A stretch of 14,095 nt of DNA, from IMG/VR virus record IMGVR_UViG_2695420718_000010; one strand, given 5' to 3'. Below are positions 1 through 7,765 of this stretch, in pieces. Source of the stretch: a virus. Lineage: Duplodnaviria > Heunggongvirae > Uroviricota > Caudoviricetes. The notes under the pieces are model-generated. The model saw only the letters and a program-made list of their open reading frames with translations. It ran no database searches and was not told the origin of the DNA. How positions within the stretch are numbered: the first letter of the stretch is position 1; each line of letters begins with the position of its first letter. Both the position numbers and the translations under genes were made by a program.

Positions 1-1884
1 GACCCGACGTCGGGACTGATGGCGATGGCGCGCCAGTTCCGTAACGTGACGGCAGAGCAGATTGCGTATGTTGCACAGCTGCAGCGTTCCGGAGACGAGG
101 CCGGGGCATTGCAGGCGGCGAACGATATCGCCACGAAAGGCTTTGATGAGCAGACCCGTCGCCTGAAAGAAAACATGGGAACACTGGAGACCTGGGCGGA
201 TAAAACAGGGAAGGCATTCAAATCGATGTGGGATGCCATTCTGGATATCGGTCGTCCTGAATCCTCAGCGGATATGCTCGCCAGTGCGCAGAAGGCATTT
301 GATGAGGCGGATAAAAAATGGCAGTGGTACCAGAGCCGGAGCCAGCGCCGGGGAAAAACCGCCTCTTTCCGGGCCAACCTTCAGGGCGCATGGAATGACC
401 GGGAAAATGCCCGTCTGGGGCTGGCAGCGGCCACGCTGCAGTCAGATATGGAAAAAGCCGGTGAACTGGCTACCAGGGACCGGGCCGAACGGGACGCATC
501 ACGGCTGAAGTATACCGGAGAGGCGCAGAAGGCGTATGAGCGTCTGCTGACGCCGCTGGAGAAATATACTAACCGGCAGGAAGAGCTGAATAAGGCCCTG
601 AAAGACGGGAAAATCCTGCAGGCGGATTACAACACGCTGATGGCGGCGGCGAAAAAGGATTATGAATCGACGCTGAAAAAGCCGAAGTCGTCAGGAGTCA
701 AAGTGTCAGCCGGTGAGCGTCAGGAAGACCAGGCGCATGCTGCCCTGCTGGCGCTTGAAACCGAGCTCCGGACGCTGGAGAAGCACAGCGGAGCGAATGA
801 GAAAATCAGCCAGCAGCGCCGGGATTTGTGGAAGGCGGAGAGTCAGTTCGCGGTACTGGAGGAGGCGGCGCAACGTCGCCAGCTGTCTGCACAGGAGAAA
901 TCCCTGCTGGCCCATGAGCAAGAGACGCTGGAGTACAAACGCCAGCTGGCTGACCTGGGTGACAAGGTTGAATACCAGAAACGGCTGAATGAGCTGGCAA
1001 ATCAGGCTGTGCGGTTTGAACAGCAGCAGAGTGCGAAGCAGGCTGCAATCAGCGCAAAAGCCCGGGGGCTGACGGACCGTCAGGCACAGCGGGAGTCGGA
1101 ATCGCAGCGCCTTCGTGACGTGTACGGTGATAATCCGGATGCGCTGGCGAAGGCCACATCTGCACTGAAGAACACCTGGTCTGCGGAGGACCAGCTTCGT
1201 GGCAGCTGGATGGCCGGGCTGAAGTCCGGCTGGGGCGAGTGGGCGGAAAGTGTGACGGACAGTTTTTCGCAGGTTAAAAGCGTGGCCACGCAGACCTTTG
1301 ACGGTATTGCACAGAATATGGCAGCGATGCTGACCGGCAGCGAACAGAGCTGGCGTGGTTTCACCCGTTCTGTGCTCTCCATGCTGACAGAGATTTTTCT
1401 GAAGCAGGCCATGGTGGGGATTGTCGGGAGTATTGGCAGCGCCATGGGTGGTGCTTTCGGTGGTGGGGCGTCTGCCTCCACGGGGACGGCCATTCAGGCT
1501 GCGGCGGCGAACTTCCATTTCGCGACCGGAGGATTTACGGGGACGGGCGGCAAATATGAGCCTGCGGGGATTGTTCATCGCGGGGAGTTTGTTTTCACGA
1601 AGGAGGCAACCAGCCGGATTGGCGTCGGCAACCTGTACCGCCTGATGCGGGGCTATGCGGAAGGTGGTTATGTGGGCGGTGCCGGAAGTCCGGCGCAGAT
1701 GCGGCGGACGGAAGGCATTAATTTTAATCAGAACAATCACGTGGTGATTCAGAACGACGGCACCAACGGACAGGCGGGGCCGCAGCTGATGAAGGCGGTG
1801 TATGACATGGCCCGCAAGGGGGCGCAGGATGAGATTCAGGCGCAGATGCGTGATGGCGGCGTATTTTCCGGAGGCAGGCGATGA
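1..1884 (+). CDS. H: Tail tape measure protein (lambda gpH-like), C-terminal part; the frame is open from base 1, so the true start lies upstream of the window
   Basis: The 621-aa frame ends ...GGKYEPAGIVHRGEFVFTKEATSRIGVGNLYRLMRGYAEGGYVGG...HVVIQNDGTNGQAGPQLMKAVYDMARKGAQDEIQAQMRDGGVFSGG, which matches the lambda gpH C-terminus as I recall it. The upstream part is Q/A/E/R/K-rich, as expected for a coiled-coil tape measure. Its stop overlaps the M start as ATGA at 1881-1884. Confidence 0.9.
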   Translation, partial: DPTSGLMAMARQFRNVTAEQIAYVAQLQRSGDEAGALQAANDIATKGFDEQTRRLKENMGTLETWADKTGKAFKSMWDAILDIGRPESSADMLASAQKAFDEADKKWQWYQSRSQRRGKTASFRANLQGAWNDRENARLGLAAATLQSDMEKAGELATRDRAERDASRLKYTGEAQKAYERLLTPLEKYTNRQEELNKALKDGKILQADYNTLMAAAKKDYESTLKKPKSSGVKVSAGERQEDQAHAALLALETELRTLEKHSGANEKISQQRRDLWKAESQFAVLEEAAQRRQLSAQEKSLLAHEQETLEYKRQLADLGDKVEYQKRLNELANQAVRFEQQQSAKQAAISAKARGLTDRQAQRESESQRLRDVYGDNPDALAKATSALKNTWSAEDQLRGSWMAGLKSGWGEWAESVTDSFSQVKSVATQTFDGIAQNMAAMLTGSEQSWRGFTRSVLSMLTEIFLKQAMVGIVGSIGSAMGGAFGGGASASTGTAIQAAAANFHFATGGFTGTGGKYEPAGIVHRGEFVFTKEATSRIGVGNLYRLMRGYAEGGYVGGAGSPAQMRRTEGINFNQNNHVVIQNDGTNGQAGPQLMKAVYDMARKGAQDEIQAQMRDGGVFSGGRR

Positions 1885-2210
1885 AAACATTTCGCTGGAA
1901 AGTGAAGCCGGATATGGAGGTGAACTCGCAGCCATCGGTGCGTGAAGTGCGTTTTGGTGACGGGTATTCGCAGCGTATGGCGGCGGGGCTGAATGCTGAC
2001 CTGAAAACATACCGTGTGACGCTTTCCGTGACCCGGGAGGAGGCCCGACATCTGGAGGCATTCCTGGCAGAGCACGGTGGCTGGAAGGCGTTTCTGTGGA
2101 CACCTCCTTATGCATACCGGCAGATAAAGGTGACCAGTGCCGCCTGGTCATCACGGGTTCGCATGCTGCGGGTTGAATTCAGTGCCGAGTTTAAGCAGGT
2201 GGTGAACTGA
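1881..2210 (+). CDS. M: Minor tail protein M (copy 1)
   Basis: 109 aa, MKTFRWKVKP...VRFGDGYSQR...HGGWKAFLWTPPY...RMLRVEFSAEFKQVVN, closely matching lambda gpM. The start overlaps the H stop (ATGA) and the stop overlaps the L start (TGATG at 2208-2212). Confidence 0.92.
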   Translation: MKTFRWKVKPDMEVNSQPSVREVRFGDGYSQRMAAGLNADLKTYRVTLSVTREEARHLEAFLAEHGGWKAFLWTPPYAYRQIKVTSAAWSSRVRMLRVEFSAEFKQVVN

Positions 2211-2908
2211 TGCAGGATATTCACGAAGAAAGTCTGAACGAGTCGGTTAAATCAGAGCAGTCACCGCGGGTGGTACTCTGGGAAATCGACCTGACGGTAC
2301 AGGGTGGTGAGCGGTATTTTTTCTGCAATGAGCTGAATGAAAAAGGGGAGGCGGTCACCTGGCAGGGGCGGCAATATCAGGCATACCCGATTGACGGCAG
2401 TGGCTTTGAGATGAACGGGAAGGGCAGCAGTGCCCGCCCGTCGCTGACGGTGTCGAATCTGTTCGGTCTGGTCACCGGAATGGCGGAGGACCTGCAGAGC
2501 CTGGTGGGGGCCACGGTGGTCCGCCGCCGGGTGTATGCCCGTTTTCTGGATGCGGTGAATTTTGTGGCGGGCAATCCGGAAGCGGACCCGGAGCAGGAGC
2601 TGAGCGACCGCTGGGTGGTGGAGCAGATGTCAGAGCTGACGGCCATGACAGCCTTGTTTGTGCTGGCAACACCGACGGAGACGGACGGAGCGCTGTTTCC
2701 TGGTCGCATCATGCTGGCGAACACCTGTATGTGGGATTACCGGGGAGATGAATGCGGGTATAACGGTCCTGCGGTGGCGGATGAGTTCGACACCCCCACC
2801 ACGGATATCCGTAAGGACAGATGCAGCAAGTGCATGCGCGGGTGTGAGATGCGCGGCATGGTGGCTAATTTTGGCGGTTTCCTTTCCATTAATAAACTTT
2901 CGCAGTAA
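2210..2908 (+). CDS. L: Minor tail protein L (copy 1); C-terminal cysteine cluster consistent with the Fe-S motif reported for lambda gpL
   Basis: 232 aa, MQDIHEESLNESVKSEQSPRVVLWEIDL... with the C-terminal motif CMWDYRGDECGY...DRCSKCMRGCEM. Translationally coupled to M. Confidence 0.92.
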   Translation: MQDIHEESLNESVKSEQSPRVVLWEIDLTVQGGERYFFCNELNEKGEAVTWQGRQYQAYPIDGSGFEMNGKGSSARPSLTVSNLFGLVTGMAEDLQSLVGATVVRRRVYARFLDAVNFVAGNPEADPEQELSDRWVVEQMSELTAMTALFVLATPTETDGALFPGRIMLANTCMWDYRGDECGYNGPAVADEFDTPTTDIRKDRCSKCMRGCEMRGMVANFGGFLSINKLSQ

Positions 2909-2913
2909 ATCCA

Positions 2914-3657
2914 ATGACACAGACAGAATCAGCGATTCTGGCGCATGCCCGGCGGTGTGTGCCTGCGGAGTCGTGCGGCTTCGTGGTGAGAACGCCGGAG
3001 GGGGAGCGGTATATCCCTTGTGTGAATATCTCTGCAGAGCCGGAGGCGTATTTTCGTATTGCACCGGAAGACTGGCTGCGGGCAGAGATGCAGGGGGAGA
3101 TTGTGGCGCTGGTCCACAGCCACCCCGGTGGTCTGCCCTGGCTGAGCGAGGCCGACCGGCGGCTGCAGATAAAAAGTGCACTGTCCTGGTGGCTGGTCTG
3201 CCGGGGGGAAATTCATAAATTCCGCTGTGTGCCACATCTGACAGGACGGCGCTTTGAGCACGGGGTGACGGACTGTTACACGCTGTTCCGGGATGCATAC
3301 CATCTGGCGGGAATTGATATGCCGGATTTTGAGCGTGAGGATGACTGGTGGCGTAACGGTCAGAACCTTTACCTGGACAATATGGCGGTCACCGGCTTTT
3401 ACCGGGTGCCCCTGTCCTCTGCACAGGCGGGCGATATCCTGCTGTGCTGCTTTGGCGCATCGGTGGCCAATCATGCCGCCATTTACTGCGGCAACGGTGA
3501 GCTGCTTCACCATCTGCCTGAACAACTGAGTAAACGGGAGAGGTATTCCGAAAAATGGCAACGACGAACGCATTCAGCCTGGCGTCACCGCCACTGGCAC
3601 GTATCTGCCTTCACGGGGATTTACAACGATTTGGCCGCCGCCTCAGCCTGTATGTGA
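2914..3657 (+). CDS. K: Tail assembly protein K (copy 1), with JAMM/MPN-like and NlpC/P60-like motifs
   Basis: 247 aa, MTQTESAILAHARRC.... A JAMM-type H-x-H-x7-S-x2-D motif is visible (HSHPGGLPWLSEAD, about nt 3115-3156), plus a candidate NlpC/P60 catalytic Cys (GVTDCYTLF) and His (NHAAIY). The exact start and the roughly 100-nt overlap with the I start were not resolved. Confidence 0.88.
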   Translation: MTQTESAILAHARRCVPAESCGFVVRTPEGERYIPCVNISAEPEAYFRIAPEDWLRAEMQGEIVALVHSHPGGLPWLSEADRRLQIKSALSWWLVCRGEIHKFRCVPHLTGRRFEHGVTDCYTLFRDAYHLAGIDMPDFEREDDWWRNGQNLYLDNMAVTGFYRVPLSSAQAGDILLCCFGASVANHAAIYCGNGELLHHLPEQLSKRERYSEKWQRRTHSAWRHRHWHVSAFTGIYNDLAAASACM

Positions 3658-4559
3658 ACACGGCAGCGGAAGCCATTCGTGCCCTGTCGATGCAGATGCC
3701 GGGATTCCGCCGTCAGATGAACGAAGGCTGGTACCAGATACGTATTCGCGGTGAGGACACGGCACCGGAGGCGGTGTACGCCCGTCTTCACGAACAGCTG
3801 GGTGAGGGAACGGTCATCCACATTGTGCCGCGACTGGCCGGGGCCGGAAAGGGTGGACTGCAGATTGTATTTTATGCCGAATCGGATGCGCAGCGTGCGG
3901 ACTGGCAGAAAGGCTTGCAGGAGGGGCTCAGTAACTGGGTGGACAATGCATCCGATTACGCCTCACAGGCAGCACAGCTTGCGACGGAGGGTATCTCAGG
4001 GATGGTGAATAACATCACGGAGATGCTGAACGGAAACAAAGTGGAATGGCGCAACTGGGCCTCATCCGTACTGCAGGAAATCTCAAAAGTCCTTATGAAT
4101 GCCGCGATTGTCAACGGGATCAAGACGGCGGCAAACGGTATGTCCGGTGCGGGAGGATTTCTTGGCAGCATTGGTGACTGGCTGGGCGGTGCGGTGGTCA
4201 ATGCAAAAGGCGGCGTGTATACCTCGGCAAACCTGAGCGCGTACAGCAACAGCATTGTGGACACGCCCACGTACTTTGCCTTTGCAAAAGGGGCCGGGCT
4301 GATGGGGGAAGCCGGACCTGAAGCCATTATGCCCCTGACCCGGGCGGCGGATGGCTCGCTGGGCGTACGCGCCGTGGGTAGTATGAACGGTAGTGCGGGT
4401 CTGGTGTATTCCCCGGTCTACCACATCGCCATTCAGAATGACGGGACTAATGGCCAGATAGGGCCGGAGGCGGCAGGCAGTCTTGTGCAGCTGATTGACC
4501 AGCGGGTGCAGGCGGTGATGCTGTCCATGCGACGTGACGGAGGAATGCTGAGTGGCTGA
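3555..4559 (+). CDS. Chimeric ORF: the N-terminal 104 aa of tail assembly protein I fused in frame to the C-terminal ~230 aa of a second, divergent tape measure protein (H')
   Basis: Nt 3555-3868 look identical to nt 7663-7976, the 5' end of the intact I gene; the two diverge at 3869 versus 7977. The downstream part (…WRNWASSVLQEISKVLMNAAIVNG…GSIGDWLGG…FAFAKGAGLMGEAGPEAIMPL…HIAIQNDGTNGQIGPEAAGSL…RRDGGMLSG) parallels the H C-terminus in this window (…WRGFTRSVLSMLTEIFLKQAMVG…GSIGSAMGG…HVVIQNDGTNGQAGPQL…MRDGGVFSGG). Its stop overlaps the M2 GTG start (GTGGCTGA), as at a native H/M junction. Confidence 0.75.
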   Translation: MATTNAFSLASPPLARICLHGDLQRFGRRLSLYVNTAAEAIRALSMQMPGFRRQMNEGWYQIRIRGEDTAPEAVYARLHEQLGEGTVIHIVPRLAGAGKGGLQIVFYAESDAQRADWQKGLQEGLSNWVDNASDYASQAAQLATEGISGMVNNITEMLNGNKVEWRNWASSVLQEISKVLMNAAIVNGIKTAANGMSGAGGFLGSIGDWLGGAVVNAKGGVYTSANLSAYSNSIVDTPTYFAFAKGAGLMGEAGPEAIMPLTRAADGSLGVRAVGSMNGSAGLVYSPVYHIAIQNDGTNGQIGPEAAGSLVQLIDQRVQAVMLSMRRDGGMLSG

Positions 4560-4893
4560 GATAAAAACGCTGCATCTGGTCCCGCGTGAAGGGATGCAGG
4601 TGAGTGAGAAGCCGTCGGTGGTGAGGGTGCGGTTTGGTGACGGTTATGAACAGCGTCGCCCCACAGGACTGAATCCTCAACTGAAGACGTTTCAGGCGGT
4701 GTTCCGGGTGACGGATGAGTCAACCCGGCGCTGGCTGGAAGAGTTTTTATCGTGGCATGGTGGTTACCGTGCCTTTTTGTGGCGACCGCCGAAACATAAC
4801 CGGACGGTGAGGGTTGTGTGCCGTGAGTGGAGTGTCACGGATAATGCCCGGTACAGTGATTTCAGTTGCACGATAGAGCAGGTGGTGAACTGA
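4552..4893 (+). CDS. M: Minor tail protein M (copy 2, divergent paralogue; GTG start)
   Basis: 113 aa, (M)AEIKTLHLVPREGMQVSEKPSVVRVRFGDGYEQR...HGGYRAFLWRPP...IEQVVN. It shares the VRFGDGY and HGG(W/Y)(K/R)AFLW(T/R)PP motifs with M1 but is clearly diverged. The stop overlaps the L2 ATG (TGATG at 4891-4895). Confidence 0.85.
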   Translation: MAEIKTLHLVPREGMQVSEKPSVVRVRFGDGYEQRRPTGLNPQLKTFQAVFRVTDESTRRWLEEFLSWHGGYRAFLWRPPKHNRTVRVVCREWSVTDNARYSDFSCTIEQVVN

Positions 4894-6336
4894 TGCAGGA
4901 TATTCACGAAGAAAGCCTGAACGAGTCGGTTAAGTCAGAGCAGTCACCGCGGGTGGTACTCTGGGAAATCGACCTGACGGTACAGGGCGGTGAGCGGTAT
5001 TTTTTCTGTAATGAGCTGAATGAAAAAGGGGAGCCGGTCACCTGGCAGGGGCGGCAATATCAGGCATACCCGATTGACGGCAGCGGTTTTGAGATGAGCG
5101 GGAAGGGCAGCAGTGCCCGCCCGTCGCTGACGGTGTCCAATCTGTTTGGTCTGGTCACCGGAATGGCGGAGGATTTGCAGAGCCTGGTGGGGGCCACGGT
5201 GGTCCGCCGCCGGGTGTATGCCCGTTTTCTGGATGCGGTGAATTTTGTGGCGGGCAATCCGGAAGCGGACCCGGAGCAGGAGCTGAGCGACCGCTGGGTG
5301 GTGGAGCAGATGTCAGAGCTGACGGCCATGACAGCCTTGTTTGTGCTGGCAACACCGACGGAGACGGACGGAGCGCTGTTTCCTGGTCGCATCATGCTGG
5401 CGAACACCTGTATGTGGGATTACCGGGGAGATGAATGCGGGTATAACGGTCCTGCGGTGGCGGATGAGTTCGACACCCCCACCACGGATATCCGTAAGGA
5501 CAGATGCAGCAAGTGCATGCGCGGGTGTGAGATGCGCGGCATGGTGGCTAATTTTGGCGGTTTCCTTTCCATTAATAAACTTTCGCAGTAAATCCAATGA
5601 CACAGACAGAATCAGCGATTCTGGCGCATGCCCGGCGGTGTGTGCCTGCGGAGTCGTGCGGCTTCGTGGTGAGAACGCCGGAGGGGGAGCGGTATATCCC
5701 TTGTGTGAATATCTCTGCAGAGCCGGAGGCGTATTTTCGTATTGCACCGGAAGACTGGCTGCGGGCAGAGATGCAGGGGGAGATTGTGGCACTGGTCCAC
5801 AGTCATCCCGGTGGTCTGCCCTGGCTGAGCGAGGCCGACCGGCGGCTGCAGATAAAAAGTGCACTGTCCTGGTGGCTGGTCTGCCGGGGGGAAATTCATA
5901 AATTCCGCTGTGTGCCACATCTGACAGGACGGCGCTTTGAGCACGGGGTGACGGACTGTTACACGCTGTTCCGGGATGCCTACCATCTGGCGGGAATTGA
6001 TATGCCGGATTTTGAGCGTGAGGATGACTGGTGGCGCAACGGTCAGAACCTTTACCTGGACAATATGGCGGTCACCGGCTTTTACCGGGTGCCCCTGTCC
6101 TCTGCACAGGCGGGCGATATCCTGCTGTGCTGCTTTGGTGCTTCGGTACCGAACCATGCCGCCATTTACTGCGGCAACGGTGAACTGCTTCACCATCTGC
6201 CTGAACAACTGAGTAAACGGGAGAGGTATTCCGAAAAATGGCAACGACGAACGCATTCTGTCTGGCGTCACCGCCACTGGCACGCATCTGCCTTCACGGG
6301 GATTTGCAACGATTTGGCCGCCGCCTCAGCCTGTAA
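4878..6336. repeat. Direct repeat copy B of the L-K unit
   Basis: Homology to copy A begins at about 4878 (GCAGGTGGTGAACTGATGCAGG, the M/L junction) and ends at the K2 terminus, where the sequence switches to the interior of L. Confidence 0.85.
4893..5591 (+). CDS. L: Minor tail protein L (copy 2)
   Basis: The protein from MQDIHEES... is near-identical to L1, with a few substitutions (for example EAVTW to EPVTW, EMNGKG to EMSGKG). The six-frame ORF begins upstream at 4866, but the homologous, translationally coupled ATG is at 4893. Confidence 0.9.
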   Translation: MQDIHEESLNESVKSEQSPRVVLWEIDLTVQGGERYFFCNELNEKGEPVTWQGRQYQAYPIDGSGFEMSGKGSSARPSLTVSNLFGLVTGMAEDLQSLVGATVVRRRVYARFLDAVNFVAGNPEADPEQELSDRWVVEQMSELTAMTALFVLATPTETDGALFPGRIMLANTCMWDYRGDECGYNGPAVADEFDTPTTDIRKDRCSKCMRGCEMRGMVANFGGFLSINKLSQ

Positions 6337-6340
6337 CTGA
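5597..6340 (+). CDS. K: Tail assembly protein K (copy 2)
   Basis: 247 aa, near-identical to K1 and K3 but with scattered differences (SVPNHAAIY, HSVWRHRHWHASAFTGICND, C-terminal ...ASACN). The JAMM HSHPGG...SEAD motif is retained. Its stop at 6338-6340 sits at the junction into L3. Confidence 0.88.
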   Translation: MTQTESAILAHARRCVPAESCGFVVRTPEGERYIPCVNISAEPEAYFRIAPEDWLRAEMQGEIVALVHSHPGGLPWLSEADRRLQIKSALSWWLVCRGEIHKFRCVPHLTGRRFEHGVTDCYTLFRDAYHLAGIDMPDFEREDDWWRNGQNLYLDNMAVTGFYRVPLSSAQAGDILLCCFGASVPNHAAIYCGNGELLHHLPEQLSKRERYSEKWQRRTHSVWRHRHWHASAFTGICNDLAAASACN

Positions 6341-7011
6341 ACGAGTCGGTTAAGTCAGAGCAGTCACCGCGGGTGGTACTCTGGGAAATCGACCTGACGG
6401 TACAGGGTGGTGAGCGGTATTTTTTCTGTAATGAGCTGAATGAAAAAGGGGAGCCGGTCACCTGGCAGGGGCGGCAATATCAGGCATACCCGATTGACGG
6501 CAGCGGTTTTGAGATGAGCGGGAAGGGCAGCAGTGCCCGCCCGTCGCTGACGGTGTCCAATCTGTTTGGTCTGGTCACCGGAATGGCGGAGGATTTGCAG
6601 AGCCTGGTGGGGGCCACGGTGGTCCGCCGCCGGGTGTATGCCCGTTTTCTGGATGCGGTGAATTTTGTGGCGGGCAATCCGGAAGCGGACCCGGAGCAGG
6701 AGCTGAGCGACCGCTGGGTGGTGGAGCAGTTATCAGAGCTGACGGCCATGACGGCCTCGTTTGTGCTGGCCACACCGACCGAGACGGACGGGGCGCTGTT
6801 TCCCGGTCGCATCATGCTGGCGAACACCTGTATGTGGACCTACCGCTCTGATGAGTGTGGTTACACGGGCGGGGCTGTGGCGGATGAGTTCGATAAACCC
6901 ACCACGGATATCCGTAAGGACAGATGCAGCAAGTGCATGCGCGGGTGTGAACTGCGCAGGAATGTCGGCAATTTTGGCGGTTTCCTTTCCATTAACAAAC
7001 TTTCGCAGTAA
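6337..7011 (+). pseudogene. L: Minor tail protein L (copy 3), 5'-truncated: lacks the first ~8 codons and the native ATG/RBS; 3' third diverged
   Basis: The frame opens right after the TAA at 6334-6336 and reads LNESVKSEQSPRVVLWEIDL..., which is L residues 9 onward. The only in-frame start candidate is the GTG at 6373. The 5' two-thirds match L2; the C-terminal region differs (CMWTYRSDECGYTGGAVADEFDKPTT...CELRRNVGNF) but keeps the cysteines. Confidence 0.7.
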
Positions 7012-7021
7012 ATCCCGGTTT

Positions 7022-7765
7022 ATGACACAGACTGAATCAGCGATTCTGGCGCATGCCCGGCGGTGTGTGCCTGCGGAGTCGTGCGGCTTCGTGGTGAGAA
7101 CGCCGGAGGGGGAGCGGTATATCCCTTGTGTGAATATCTCTGCAGAGCCGGAGGCGTATTTTCGTATTGCACCGGAAGACTGGCTGCGGGCAGAGATGCA
7201 GGGGGAGATTGTGGCGCTGGTCCACAGCCACCCCGGTGGTCTGCCCTGGCTGAGCGAGGCCGACCGGCGGCTGCAGATAAAAAGTGCACTGTCCTGGTGG
7301 CTGGTCTGCCGGGGGGAAATTCATAAATTCCGCTGTGTGCCACATCTGACAGGACGGCGCTTTGAGCACGGGGTGACGGACTGTTACACGCTGTTCCGGG
7401 ATGCATACCATCTGGCGGGAATTGATATGCCGGATTTTGAGCGTGAGGATGACTGGTGGCGTAACGGTCAGAACCTTTACCTGGACAATATGGCGGTCAC
7501 CGGCTTTTACCGGGTGCCCCTGTCCTCTGCACAGGCGGGCGATATCCTGCTGTGCTGCTTTGGCGCATCGGTGGCCAATCATGCCGCCATTTACTGCGGC
7601 AACGGTGAGCTGCTTCACCATCTGCCTGAACAACTGAGTAAACGGGAGAGGTATTCCGAAAAATGGCAACGACGAACGCATTCAGCCTGGCGTCACCGCC
7701 ACTGGCACGTATCTGCCTTCACGGGGATTTACAACGATTTGGCCGCCGCCTCAGCCTGTATGTGA
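7022..7765 (+). CDS. K: Tail assembly protein K (copy 3)
   Basis: ATG at 7022; the 247-aa protein is identical to K1. The nucleotide sequence from 7034 onward appears identical to 2926 onward. Confidence 0.9.
   Translation: MTQTESAILAHARRCVPAESCGFVVRTPEGERYIPCVNISAEPEAYFRIAPEDWLRAEMQGEIVALVHSHPGGLPWLSEADRRLQIKSALSWWLVCRGEIHKFRCVPHLTGRRFEHGVTDCYTLFRDAYHLAGIDMPDFEREDDWWRNGQNLYLDNMAVTGFYRVPLSSAQAGDILLCCFGASVANHAAIYCGNGELLHHLPEQLSKRERYSEKWQRRTHSAWRHRHWHVSAFTGIYNDLAAASACM

Larger units (their letters stand above)
2195..3868. repeat. Direct repeat copy A of the L-K(-I 5') unit
   Basis: Homologous to 4878-6336 (97-99% by eye) and to 6337-7976. From 2926 to 3868 it appears identical to 7034-7976 over 943 bp. 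Confidence 0.85.

Noticed and set aside
706-2154. Long antisense ORF (482 aa, minus strand) across H and M
   Set aside because: It lies entirely inside well-supported tail genes on the opposite strand. The product is Pro/Arg/Ser-rich and low-complexity, as expected from the reverse frame of GC-rich coding DNA, with no recognisable motifs.
2630-3298. Antisense and alternative-frame ORFs within the L-K repeats (for example 2630-3298 -, 2658-3218 +, 2929-3573 -, and their counterparts in copies B and C)
   Set aside because: They recur only because the underlying L-K DNA is repeated, and they are Arg/Pro/Cys-rich out-of-frame translations of confirmed genes. No independent start signals were seen.
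4866-4892. Upstream ATG extension of L2 (six-frame ORF starting at 4866, MHDRAGGEL...)
   Set aside because: The extension overlaps the M2 C-terminus in another frame. The homologous start, with the conserved TGATG coupling to M, is at 4893.
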